From Dimargaris cristalligena (taxonomy: Eukaryota), in the NCBI GenBank assembly GCA_003614675.1, contig ML002371.1, positions 1 to 36,708 on the forward strand: a DNA stretch of 36,708 nucleotides, in the 5' to 3' direction. Made by a program: the position numbers and the translations under genes. How positions within the stretch are numbered: the first letter of the stretch is position 1; each line of letters opens with the position of its first letter. Shown one piece after another: positions 1 to 11,241 of this stretch. The notes under the pieces are model-generated. The model had not been told where the DNA came from. It searched no databases and worked only from the letters and a program-made list of their open reading frames with translations.

Positions 1-900
1 TACGACCTATAGACTGGTATTTAATATCCAAGGGGTAGAGCGCTGGTATAGTGTCTTGTATTTGCAATATCGGCAGACGCACCCAAATATGCGAAGTCTG
101 ATAATTAGTCGTTGTTTTGAAAGCGACCGAGTGGGGCAGTTTGGGTAAGGGGCGGGTAAATATTGAATAGAGGGGCACACTTAATGTGAGAGCGAACGAG
201 TAGTTTATAAATTATTAAGGTGTACGGATCTATCACCAACCCACTTTCCCTTTGACCATGTTTGGTGAGAGCCATATGGGCAGAAGTTCCCAAATGAGGA
301 GTACCCGCCACTATTGTGTAGTCCAAGGTATGGCCATAGAATAAGGAGGCGGCAATGCTCCTCATTTTCCTGCACTATACGAAGCATTGGTATTATGCTG
401 CTGTATATCACATATTTGTCAACGACAGAAGAGTCGGATACGAGTTGCGGACCAAGCCTCTATAAAGTATGGATACTAAGGTGGGGGAGCGTTCCTTGTT
501 CTCAATCGCCCTGCTGGCTAGGACAGCGGGTGGGGATATGATTATTATATTGCTAGTTAGATGTAACTATTCCGCTATTAGTAGGATTCATTCACCGATG
601 AACATTGATCGAAAGTAGCTGACCCTAAAAAGGATTTGAGGGCAGTCATCGAGCAGACTAATCCCTCTCACCCAGTACATTCGGCAAATTTAGAGACAGG
701 TTTTATTTTACACTTATTATAGTACCAAAGAAAAAAGTATAGCCTTTTTTTGTTAAGTTCATATCTATAGATTCACGGCCCCAACAGGATGTGTAGGGTG
801 ACAAAGCAACCAACAAGCAAGTAAACCGCGGCTGATGGACCATCATCATTTAACGGGGGGTGGGGACACACCTCTATTCCACTGCCCAATCACCAGCCCA

Positions 901-2601
901 TCAGCTCAAATACTGGTCCCGGCAATACAGCACTGCCAGCATAGGGGGCCCACTAATCATGCCCAACCAGAAAAAGGCATTCCCGAGCAGGGGACGGGCC
1001 TTGACCCACGGTAGGCGACTCAAGTAAATGAGGGGAATTTGGGCCATTTGGAGCAGGAAAAGATACATCCGAATGCGGCCCACGACCATCGCCATCACCA
1101 GTTCGTGGAGGCACGACGACATAAAAAAAGTCAAAAACGTGGCACTGGTCCGCGAGAAGCGGTACATATCGATGGAGTAGAGGTAGACGTGGCGCAGTAG
1201 AAAGTAGTGGACGGGTTTGTTCCACTTGCGGGAGTACTCGTCAAACGACGTGCTGTTCCACCAGTCGTCGTAGAAATTCCGGTCCGCGAACCGGGTGATT
1301 TCGGCGAACACATTACAGATGCATTCAAATATAATGTAAAAGACGAGCAGGTACGCGATCATAACGGGTGTGATTAGTTCCAGGATAGTCATGGCCATGC
1401 TGATGTGGGGCAGTTCGCCGAGGATAGGGATAATGTAGTTTTCGAAGGTCACATGCAGTAGTGTAAACACTCCGAAAGTGGCGCAGATTTTCTCGGCCAG
1501 GTATTCAGGGCGGATCTTGTCGGTGCGCGGGTAATAAATTTCGTAAACGAGGGCCGGGACGAACAGGTAGTCAACGTAGTTGAGGAAGGTCACGTTGGCG
1601 GGGTACTTGGTATCGCCCAGCGCGAGTTCGGAGTTCAGCTCCGCGATTTCCTCCTGCCATTGGGCTAGCTGGGAGTAGTCGTCCAATAGGGTAGTGTCAT
1701 CGAAGCTGGAATGGCCGAGACTGTCGTCGTCTTCGCCACTGTCTTGCTTGCCGACGGTCCAGGTCCGGGCCCGCTGGCTAAGCCCGCCGGACGATGGTGG
1801 TGGTAGGGAAGTCGGCTGATCCGCCACGCCCTCGGAATTAGCGGTGACCGCCGATGGGACTGAAGGGGACGGGGGGGAACTGGAGAGGGTTTCCGGGCAA
1901 GAGTCCGAATCGGTCTCCCGGTAGGCCTGGCAAGCAACTATTAATTCATCGCGGCGCCGCAATTTGACGGCGAATTCCCGGTTGGTGGAGGTATAGGAGT
2001 GCATCTTCATCATAATCACTAAAGTATGCAGCAGGAGCACGCCCGTCTGCACCCAGGGCCATTCGATGTAAAACAGCCAACTCACGACCACCTGCAGGAG
2101 CAGGGTTTGCACGGTGTGTTGGATAATATACGAAGCCATGGAGTCAGGTTCCAGGGTACCCCGCACCACAGCGCGCTGGACGAGGAGGGGAATGAACGAA
2201 TAGGCCACGACAGCCAAGTCGGCCATGATCAATTCCGTGACCCCTTCGGACAGCCGCAGTACCCAGGTAGTTTTGATGGGGTATCCGGTTTCGATGAAAT
2301 TGATGGCGAACTGGCGGACCAAATAACATACCATGGCTATCCAAAAGAGCACAAACCACCCCCGCCCGGAATTGGCCGGGGTGAAGATCTGGCGCAGGTC
2401 CAGTTGGGAATTGCGCGGCCTGAAGGGGCTGGCGCGGGACTTACGAAGCAAAACCGTTTGCGGTGAAGGGAGGGGCTTGGACGGGAAGACCGCCGGGTTT
2501 TTGATGGTGCTGGTGACGGTCTCACTGGCGAACCGCCGCATGCGCTGCAGATTGGGCTCGCTGACAGTATGGACAGCCAAGCTGTCCTTGATTATGGGCA
2601 T
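901..2601 (-). CDS. ARE2: Sterol O-acyltransferase (ACAT/ARE family, MBOAT), ~566 aa, intronless
   Basis: Contains MKMHSY, YPANVT..YF..PALVY, the FYDDWWN acyl-CoA motif, RKWNKPVHYFL and the catalytic His in SSCLHEL, plus multiple TM segments. First in-frame ATG is at 2601 (the ORF track starts at an upstream GTG). ARE1 and ARE2 cannot be distinguished here. Confidence 0.93.
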   Translation of the reverse strand: MPIIKDSLAVHTVSEPNLQRMRRFASETVTSTIKNPAVFPSKPLPSPQTVLLRKSRASPFRPRNSQLDLRQIFTPANSGRGWFVLFWIAMVCYLVRQFAINFIETGYPIKTTWVLRLSEGVTELIMADLAVVAYSFIPLLVQRAVVRGTLEPDSMASYIIQHTVQTLLLQVVVSWLFYIEWPWVQTGVLLLHTLVIMMKMHSYTSTNREFAVKLRRRDELIVACQAYRETDSDSCPETLSSSPPSPSVPSAVTANSEGVADQPTSLPPPSSGGLSQRARTWTVGKQDSGEDDDSLGHSSFDDTTLLDDYSQLAQWQEEIAELNSELALGDTKYPANVTFLNYVDYLFVPALVYEIYYPRTDKIRPEYLAEKICATFGVFTLLHVTFENYIIPILGELPHISMAMTILELITPVMIAYLLVFYIIFECICNVFAEITRFADRNFYDDWWNSTSFDEYSRKWNKPVHYFLLRHVYLYSIDMYRFSRTSATFLTFFMSSCLHELVMAMVVGRIRMYLFLLQMAQIPLIYLSRLPWVKARPLLGNAFFWLGMISGPPMLAVLYCRDQYLS

Positions 2602-3350
2602 GGCTGGGAATGAGGTGAGGTGGAGGCGGGTGATACAGGGTAAACAGACGGTGGACTTGGCAGTCACGGGTTCGGCAGCCAGAGGTATATGGGAGAGGAG
2701 GGAGGGCGTTAGAGAATGGAGAGGCCAAGCCAGCGACGACCTGGTCTAGCGATCGGCGGGGGAAGTTAGGCCGGCGCTGCACCAGGGAAAAGACTACGGT
2801 AAACGAACCGAGCTAGAGCAAGGTTCGGCTCAGGGCGACTAGTGGCCGAAGGAGCTACGGGTTGAAACTCCGGAAGGTTGGAAACGCAGGAAGAAAAGGT
2901 GGAAACGAGGCCGGCTTGGGAAAGTAAGGCTTTGATATATATACTAAATCTAACTCGGCACCAAAAAAACCCCAATTATAGGAGAAGGGCGGGGCATGTC
3001 AAGATAAGCAGAGCTGTGATTAATGATCATTCACTAATCAACTGGCCCAGGAGGGCAGCAAGTAGCAAGTTCCACCTACGTTTGGTATATAGTTCACCAA
3101 CAAGCCGTCTAGGCAAAGCAAGGACTGGGGGGGCTCGGAAAGCGGCGTGCGGGTTTCACACTGGTCCCGCCCAGAGGTGGAAAGTATGTGAGTGAGTGCG
3201 CCCGGTTTCTTTCAACCGATTTATATTTAGCGTAGGTTTCACCCGAAGCAGTAGCAAACTGAAGCTTCGCATTCATCTCAGTCCAAAATCCCCATACCGA
3301 CTGATTGGTACATGCGAATATATAAGATATAAATATACATTTAACATTGA

Positions 3351-3384
3351 ATATATATATATATATATATATAGATAGATAGAT
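3351..3384. repeat. (AT)n followed by (AGAT)n microsatellite
   Basis: atatatatat...atagatagatagat read directly. Confidence 0.9.
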
Positions 3385-4151
3385 TGGTTGGTTTACCTAC
3401 CCTCACGCTGTAGAATGTGACCTGCAGTGCTTGCAGAAAACCGCCGCTGGCCAATATATTACCGACCAGCTGTTGGCAATGTGAGTGCAAAGCCCAAGTG
3501 CCACTGGGTCCGATAGTGGAGAGGATATCAATCGACGATAGGAAGGATTGCCTAGGCAAATCCCCCGCTTATATACCGTACGGGGTCAATGGAACCCTGC
3601 AAAAGAGCCAAAAATCAAAGGGGAGTGAGCTGTGTAAAAGATAGTACGGATGGATATGCCGCGGATCGTTCCTCGAGAATCGAAGGGCGGGTACGTCAAC
3701 GCCAAGACTTTTGAATAGTACAAACTGGGAATTCAATCTGCGAATAGGACGGGAAACTTGAAGCCGTAGTAAGGGAGGATAGCCGGGGAACTATATACTT
3801 GGACGAGAGTCTCCCCAACCCAACCCACCTCTTTCTTCTCGTTTCTCCTCTACTAAATTTTTACATGGACATTGGCCAATAAAATGGAGCCAATTCCCCC
3901 GATATTTTTTCTGTACAGTGGGCCTAATCCGAAAAGGCTTACGAGGCTTGGCAATAGGTTTAATTCCAGGCGAATAGCAAAGCGGATAGGGCCCAGGTAC
4001 GTATGGGGGGAATTCGTCAGTCGGCGAATGACTCAGGCCCCAAAATACCCGAATTTGGCCATTCCCTCCGGTGACTTACTATCGAGAGGCTAGGTCGGCT
4101 GCTAAATTAAGATAGAGGACTGGTTGCACGAGACTCGGCACGTAACCCATA

Positions 4152-5607
4152 GGTGGCGAAGTCGGAAACAGGGCAGGCGTATAGTAATAGTAATAGTAGT
4201 AGTAGTGGTAGTAGGTAAGATTGTGGGGAGTCCAAAAAATACGGGCAAGGACAACATCTCTACTAACTCGATATTAGATTACAGGGTATACCAGCAATCT
4301 GGGACTTTACCAGCCTATAACTTCGTAGCCTTAGCGCAGAGCGACGACTACAAGTAGACAGCCCGAAAGGGTTACGTCAGTCGTTTAGTCATACGCACTA
4401 CGTAAGCCCCGCATTATCTCTTGTTCACTATCGCCGGACTTCTCTTGATTGGAGGATAATTCCTTCCCAGTAGTCTAGTTTCCAGCTCTGCGTAATCCAC
4501 CGCCGTAGTCAGAGCTTCAACGCACCGAGCATAAGCCGACGGAGCTCCGGAGGATCTCGGCTAGATTTCTCCCAGTGCAAGCGCCTTCGTTTTTTGGAGT
4601 TGGTTGGACCGGTCCGTCTCACAACGGAGCTGCTGCTGTCCCTCCGTGTGGTTACGCCGCTTGTGACGACTCTTCGTATATACTACAACACACCATCAGG
4701 CAGCTGATGACGCCGAAATGCATGGCAAATGAGCACCCGACTCGGCGGCGCCTCGGGCAGCCGTGGGTTGTGAGATTAGCTGCAGGACCCTCTGCTGGTC
4801 GGCCTTTTATTGGTAGTTGAGATTGCCGCCAGGGTTAGTTTATAGGGCCTTCCACGATTAACTGATACATAAATCAAGCTACATTCAAAGGGATTCAACA
4901 CTGCATATTTGCAGTAAAAATGCTGAGAATTCCCGCACTATATAGTTAAATTACTATCTGTAATGTTTGGATTAGCAATCCTTTACCTAACTAGCATGGA
5001 GGCGTTCATTAATACATTGTTGTCAATCCCCCCCCTCTTTAAAAGATCATACTAAACTTGTTCGCAAGTGAAACCGGGAATGCTCACCACCACTGATCTC
5101 TCACCGATAGTGAGAATATCACCAAACCAGTGGCATACCCTTCAAAGCTTACAGGGACCCCTCTCCCAATTCGTTGAGTTTCCCTGGCAGTCTGGTTTGG
5201 GACGAGGGGCATACGAATGGCCGCAGTTGCAAATCACATCGTAATGATTATAAAGGAGGGGGGATTACGAAAGGTGTCTCTTAATATACCTATTTCGGCC
5301 TTCTCAAACATAGGCCCTGCTTTAACCCAAATATAATCAGCTAAAAGCCACGGAGGCAACGCCCCAGGCCCTGATAACGACGCCTGAATTATCTTGCCAT
5401 TTGGAGCATTCGTTACGTTTTTATTGCTATCGCCAATTATTTCACTGGGACCCATCATCCCCTTCTCGACGGCCCATAACCAGACCGGACGATCCAGCAC
5501 TAATTAACAACGACTCTTCCAGCTATATTGAGGACAGGCATCAGTTGTCCAGGCGGAAATTTTTGGGCATATCCGAGATTACTTATAGCCTCACTCGGTT
5601 ACTCTAA
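4152..5607 (+). pseudogene. Probable decayed leucine-rich-repeat (RNI/F-box-like) gene
   Basis: Intron-like signals remain: GTAAGA at 4215, TACTAAC at 4261, AG at 4277, and GTAAGC at 4402 to CAG/TAG at 4470-4473. One frame reads WDFTSL*LRSLS...LDFSQCKRLRFLELVGPVRLTTELLLSLRVVTPLVTTLRI with an in-frame TAA at 4318. Further fragments (WHTLQSLQ, WPQLQ, GLRKVSLNI) are broken by stops or frameshifts. Confidence 0.35.
4181..4214. repeat. (AGT/AAT)n trinucleotide microsatellite
   Basis: atagtaatagtaatagtagtagtagtggtagtag read directly. Confidence 0.8.
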
Positions 5608-5883
5608 TCCGGCGTCTATTCGAAACACACATCCTGGAGTAGGCCATTGAAACCCACAACCAAGGCGGAGTATCTTTTTTATTCACAAAAAGGCAGTCAG
5701 GCCGAACAGTATAGCGAAAATTTTCCATTAACTGGACCAAGGCAAGTGGACGTGTGTTCAACTAGAAAAAATATAAAAGTAAATTGTGAACCGCTGTGCT
5801 ACCCTCCCCCTCATTACACCTTCGTCGGCTTAAGATCCCACCCAGGGAGTGGGGGTGGTACTCCTTAACTAGATCTAATTGGT

Positions 5884-8130
5884 TTACATTTTAGTATAGA
5901 GACAGCCCACGGAGTCCAGCCACTGCGCCCCGGACCCGTAGATACCTGCCCACTGGTAACCCGGGGGAGGCTTCAGCACCTTGACGGTACCGCCGCGGGA
6001 ACCGCCGCACCAACCGGTTGACCGACCGTTCGTAGTGATGAATTCGAGGGAATCGATCCACCCCCCGCTGTTCACATTCATTTGCGACAAAGATTCGCCA
6101 GGCGCCAAGGGAAATTCCATGGGTTGGCCGGTGGTTTGGCCGCACTGTACGGAACTGCCGTCGGCCAAATAGGCAATGAACCCGTCCACGTACCAGCCGC
6201 TATAAATGCGGAGGTGCGTAATGGGAGGCAAGGACCGCCCACCCCGGCTTAGGGGGGCGAATCCCCCGGGTCCGACGGCCTCACGGGCATCGGCGGCCGG
6301 GACGGAGGCGAAACAGACCTGGAAGGGGACGGTGTTTTGCATCTGGCCACCGCCCAGCTGGGCGCTTTTCAGGACCAGCAAGTGTTCGTAGTGCGGAATG
6401 ACCAGGCTGTGTTTGGAGGTGAAGTCCTGGAAGTCTTCCACCTTGGTGTCCTGCTGACCGACCGAAACGGCGCAGAGGGTTACGTGGTCTTCACTGGACC
6501 AGCCCCCGCGCTGCTGCAGTTCGCTGTAGGGAAGAATGAGTTGGGTAGGAGTCGCGGCGTTGGACTCGTTCAGCTTAAGCGGATTACCCGGCGAGGGCAG
6601 GATAGCGGCGGGGGCTCGGGCCGGGCCATTCCGGGGGGCGGCGCTCTCGTCCGTATATTCGAGGTGGAATCGGTAGCGGTCATTGACCCAGACCTCGACC
6701 ATGGAGATACCCAGCGGGTTTTTGATAAACACCCCGTCCTCGAGGGCATACACTGTGGTATCGCGGGGGGTATTCGAGGCCGGCAAAGCCAGGGTATCGG
6801 TCGGCAAACGGAAACAAGGGTGGTAACGCAGACGGATGATATCTAAACGATGCCAGTGGGCGCCGGCTTCGTCGGTGGGGGTAATGGGCTGGAAGCCGGG
6901 TTCCTTGACCATGAAGGTGCGGTTAAAGTTGTTAAAGCCCCGGCTCATCAGGCCCGATGGGGTGTGGCCGAGTGTAAACAAATGGCCCACCTCGTGTAAA
7001 AAGGCGCCCATGCCCACATTGGCGGCCTTCCAGTACTGGCCACACTCCTGGGCATCGTTGGCCAGAATTTCTTCGTCAGTGGAGGTGGTATCCAGGAAAC
7101 TAGCGGGAACGTCCTCCAGGGACGCGGGCCAGGCGTGGGTACAGTGGGAACCAAACACCCCCGTACGACGGTGGCCACCTCCCCCTCCCAAAGCGGCGTG
7201 GGCCAGAATCAGGTGACGGGAGGCGTCCCAGTGGGAATCCAGGATTAGACCGGCCACGTAGCAATCGCGGTCAAAGGGGCCGCCGTAGTCGTCCAGGGCC
7301 TGCGCGAAGAGTTGGAACATCGACTCCTTGTTCGGGGCCGGAGTATCGGGCGTTTGTCGGTACTGCTGGGCCCGCTCCGGCTCGTGCATTTCCGCCAAAG
7401 TCAGTCGGGAACGCACGATAAAGACCTCCGCGGTGTTACGCAAAAAATCCGCCTGGTTCGTGAGGGTCTCGGGCAACCAGGCCTCTTCGAGGCGGAACGT
7501 CCGCCGACCGAACCCGTTGCGGAACATTTGTTCGGCCATAAAGGCCTGCCAAATATAAGCGGTACAGCGGAATTTGGCCACGGCGGCCTTGAGGTCATTC
7601 TTACCGGGACCTTGTTCGTTGGGCGGGGCGTCAAAAGTCAGGGGGGAGTCCTTGGCCACCATAATGGCCAGTCGCAGCGGGGGGTTCTGCAGGCGGGGCA
7701 AATAGTGGAGGGTGAGGAAGGTCCGACCCCCATTGTACTCGAACTGAATCAGGTTCTGGCCGGGCTCCAGGGGGACCAAACACTTGAAATGGGTGTCCAC
7801 GACGGGCCAGAACTGGGCGGGGAAGTTGGGCGGGTGCACGGTCAGGCGTCCCTCGAACTGGGTATGCGGGGGACCGGCCCGGCCGTAGACGAGCAGCAGG
7901 CGCTGGTACACGGTCTCGCCCTCCTGGACACTGAGAATGACCGGGCTGGGTTGGCTCGGGGGGGCCTGGGTCTGGGACTGCGGCGGGGGTTGGCCGTGGG
8001 GAGTGGACGGAGGTGCGTCCCGTAGGCTCAGGTTGGGAAAGGAGGGAAAGGGAGAAGGGTCCGTCCCTGGCATGTACTCGATGGGACCCGTATGGTCCTG
8101 CGGTTCGGTACCAGGCATGTAGTGTTCCAT
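5884..8130 (-). CDS. Putative zinc metallopeptidase (YIL108W-like) with C-terminal jacalin-like beta-prism domain, ~748 aa, intronless
   Basis: HEVGHLFTLGH zinc motif followed by Met-turn-like GLMSRG; FMAEQMFRNGFGRRTFRLEE and AHAALGGG family motifs. The C-terminus has repeated SGWYVDG/SGGWIDSL/GAQWLDSV jacalin-type strands. ATG at 8130 (gccATGG). Confidence 0.85.
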   Translation of the reverse strand: MEHYMPGTEPQDHTGPIEYMPGTDPSPFPSFPNLSLRDAPPSTPHGQPPPQSQTQAPPSQPSPVILSVQEGETVYQRLLLVYGRAGPPHTQFEGRLTVHPPNFPAQFWPVVDTHFKCLVPLEPGQNLIQFEYNGGRTFLTLHYLPRLQNPPLRLAIMVAKDSPLTFDAPPNEQGPGKNDLKAAVAKFRCTAYIWQAFMAEQMFRNGFGRRTFRLEEAWLPETLTNQADFLRNTAEVFIVRSRLTLAEMHEPERAQQYRQTPDTPAPNKESMFQLFAQALDDYGGPFDRDCYVAGLILDSHWDASRHLILAHAALGGGGGHRRTGVFGSHCTHAWPASLEDVPASFLDTTSTDEEILANDAQECGQYWKAANVGMGAFLHEVGHLFTLGHTPSGLMSRGFNNFNRTFMVKEPGFQPITPTDEAGAHWHRLDIIRLRYHPCFRLPTDTLALPASNTPRDTTVYALEDGVFIKNPLGISMVEVWVNDRYRFHLEYTDESAAPRNGPARAPAAILPSPGNPLKLNESNAATPTQLILPYSELQQRGGWSSEDHVTLCAVSVGQQDTKVEDFQDFTSKHSLVIPHYEHLLVLKSAQLGGGQMQNTVPFQVCFASVPAADAREAVGPGGFAPLSRGGRSLPPITHLRIYSGWYVDGFIAYLADGSSVQCGQTTGQPMEFPLAPGESLSQMNVNSGGWIDSLEFITTNGRSTGWCGGSRGGTVKVLKPPPGYQWAGIYGSGAQWLDSVGCLYTKM

Positions 8131-11100
8131 GGCGAGAATATAGTAGCAACAATAACAAGGAAGAGAGCAATACGCAGGTAGACTAGTTGAGATATAGTAT
8201 TGTGTACAATACGTCAACTGAAGCTGAGAGGGCGGGTAAGTACAATAGGAGACCGGAGGGCTTAAAGAGCGCTTAAATAGCAGTGACACGTAGCTGCCAC
8301 TATATACGTCATTAAATGTTGGAATAGCCGTCAGTGGTCCGTTTATCACCGCCGAAAATGTAGTAGGGGAGTTGTTAGCTATGGGAGTTGGAGGAGCTCC
8401 TTCTTATCAGGCGATAATTGCTTATGGTCCACCTGAGCTGTCCCGACTAACATAATCTAAAACATTGAAACCCGGCAGGTCTTGGCGACTCTTGGCAAAG
8501 CCCGTAAAGCCTCACTTTAGTAGGGGAAGAGCCCCTGTCACACCACAGTCTATAAATAACCCCAGCCTACCCACCATCAAACCCTCAGTCCTACCTTATC
8601 GATGTACATTATTGTTGTCCACTTCAGCGGCCTTTTTCTCCGAAGTTAATGACACACACACTCACTGATAAAATGGAGCACTGCTCCGCCCCCGCTTCCC
8701 CTGAATAACTCAATTAGCGTTACTTAGAATGCCCGACGTGGAATACTTCCCAAAACCCCCATAGAATACCCCGATATGAATAAGTCCAAAATGACTTTCT
8801 GTAAAGGCGGGATGTCATTGGTCTTCGCAAGCTCGGGTTCTATACCAGACCGAGTTAAATACCCTGTCCCTGAAAATCGAACAGCGACCATGTGACAGAT
8901 TCTTATAAGTTCCTATACCATATTACAATTTCTCTTTTTTTTTCACTGGGTCAATTCGGCAAATACCGGTGGCTTTCCAAAAAAAAATCGGGCTAGGGGA
9001 GGCGTAAATTTCGGGATTCGTCTTGTGTGTTCTGGGCCCCTTTACCCTTTCTGACCAGCAACGGGCCAGCAGACTAGGGTTATGCTGTCCCACAATGGTC
9101 GCTGCAAAGATCTATGGATACACATACCCGCAATGCATAGCTGGAGGGCCAGGTGAAGATGTAATTAAAGGAGACGGGCGTGACTGTAGGTGAAAGGCGG
9201 TATCCCCAGACATGGATAAAACTCGAAGGTACTGGAAAAAGGTGGGAAACGGAAGAAATTGATAGCCATCGGAGGCGTAATGGATCGAAAACGGTGGGGA
9301 ACATAATGCTATAAGGTTGGCGATATTGGGCTGGGCAGAACCGCCGGGTGATGTCAATATTGAGGCTTGGAAGGTACTCGCCCACCTACATCACAGTTCT
9401 CGGTGGAAGGTCGTTTGGGGCCTGCAATTAGGGCGGACTAAACCCCCTACCCCACCCCCACGCACTTTTCAATTTGTATTTTGTGTGTCTCCGTATCTAC
9501 CACAACCGGTCTCCTTGGCCCCCCACTATCATTATCCATCAGTCAAGAAGGGAGACCCGTCCGTCTTATTCGCCCCTGCTCGTTTCGACTGGGCTTCTAC
9601 TACCACAGCCCTTTGTGTATAAACAGTGATGGGTAGATGCCAAGGCCCGAGCGGAAAACTAGGAGAAGTGATCAGCATTATTCTAGCTCTTCAACTTCTC
9701 CAGGCTGCCCATTGATTTATCCCACTAGTCGATTTGGTGTGTACACTCGTTCCGGCCGGCACCGGATATATGCTGGAATGGTGGTCAGTTGTTCACTAGA
9801 AAACAGGGAGAAATGGTATCGGGAGGGGAGGCATCATACAAATCACCAATATATTTTTATCTCACAAGACATGCGGATGGGGTGTGTGAAAACATGCCTT
9901 GGAAATTGGTGGAATGCTTGACTGTCGGGCCTCTCAGGTGAAGGATACGCTCAAATAGGGCAAGAATATCAGCTGAAGCCCATATAATTAGCAGATATGA
10001 TTATTAATAAATGAATTCGCGAAGTGTATTAAAGTATACTATTGGGTGTAGATGGGGATTGGAATTACAATGAGTAAAAGCTGGCTCCAAATGATGTTAA
10101 GACCATCTATATAAATATATATATGGGAGAAGTTCATCCAATCTGTATAACGAAAAATCCATTAGATTCGGCCAATATTACTAGTTAAAAATACATTTCC
10201 CGTATATTTTCCCATACACGTATAATGGAAACCCTTATATAGCTGGGCCGAATTTCACCCATATATATCAGCAGATGTCAATTTTGTAGAACATTCATGG
10301 ATCTTATGATGGAGTAGTTTTACATAGTGAAATATGCTGACTGATACTGGTCATCATGGGTTGTTAAGGGGTACTAGTTAACATTTAAAATCTCAAATTT
10401 GGCCCATGAGAGACCCTCGAACGAATTCAGGGGTTACCATTGATGTTGTCCGTATATTGTTAACAAGTGTTTACTTTTAGTCAGTTCCCTTTTATCAATA
10501 TAAACGATCCTCTTTGACCCAACTATGTCCGATTTAAGTCGACATGTAAGTGTAAAATGTACCGGTCGCTAGTTATTATGCTCCTTTAATTTGGGCCTCG
10601 CCCATACACGTAAAAGCGAATCAAATCCTGGCCTGTCGATTACAGAGGGAAGCAGTCCAGGCTGTCTTTGGATTACAGGATTAGGTCTTTCGACACTTAA
10701 AAATGAAATCATTAAGTATTGATATATTCACTAAATATTAAATTGCACTTGAAAAAGTAAGTAATAATAGAAGGTCCTAGGACACCAGAGCATATAAATA
10801 TAAAAAAATGCATGCCAGGCACTACTAACAGAAGTATTATAAATAGTTGAAATCCACGCCTAGTTTTAACGATAATTTTAGAAGTCGGGCTAGAACAGAA
10901 TACACCCGATCAACTCGTGGTATCGCTCACCAACATGATTAACTGCCACAATTTGAGTGTAATTAGGTGAAGAGCAGTCTGTGTTACTCGCCCCGTTCGA
11001 CGCCTTTGGAGCTCGAAACTGCACCAAACTGCATCTGCCAGTTGTCCAACCCCAGACTGAAACGCGCCAGTGGTGGCATTCGGACTAGCCTCTTCCTTCC

Positions 11101-11241
11101 CTCTAACGCGACCGGGCTATGATTGAATAGTTCTCTCCACTGTTCATTGATTTCCCAACTCGGTCTACCCACCCTCTTCATTTAGGTTCCGACTTTGTAC
11201 ACCCCATCCGACCCACTGAACCAACTCCATTAGTACCCGGC

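Noticed and set aside
1-541. Short ORFs, including an LRIFGC string reminiscent of the sequence downstream of copia integrase
   Set aside because: Only six residues match, the frames are interrupted, and no LTR, DDE or RT motifs are visible.
3545-3563. Near-perfect palindrome GGATTGCCTAGGCAAATCC
   Set aside because: A single short hairpin with no ncRNA or transposon-end context.
9950-10950. AT-rich block with a 12-bp direct repeat (CCCATACACGTA at ~10211 and 10601) as a possible transposon relic
   Set aside because: No terminal inverted repeats, target-site duplication or transposase fragments could be identified by eye.
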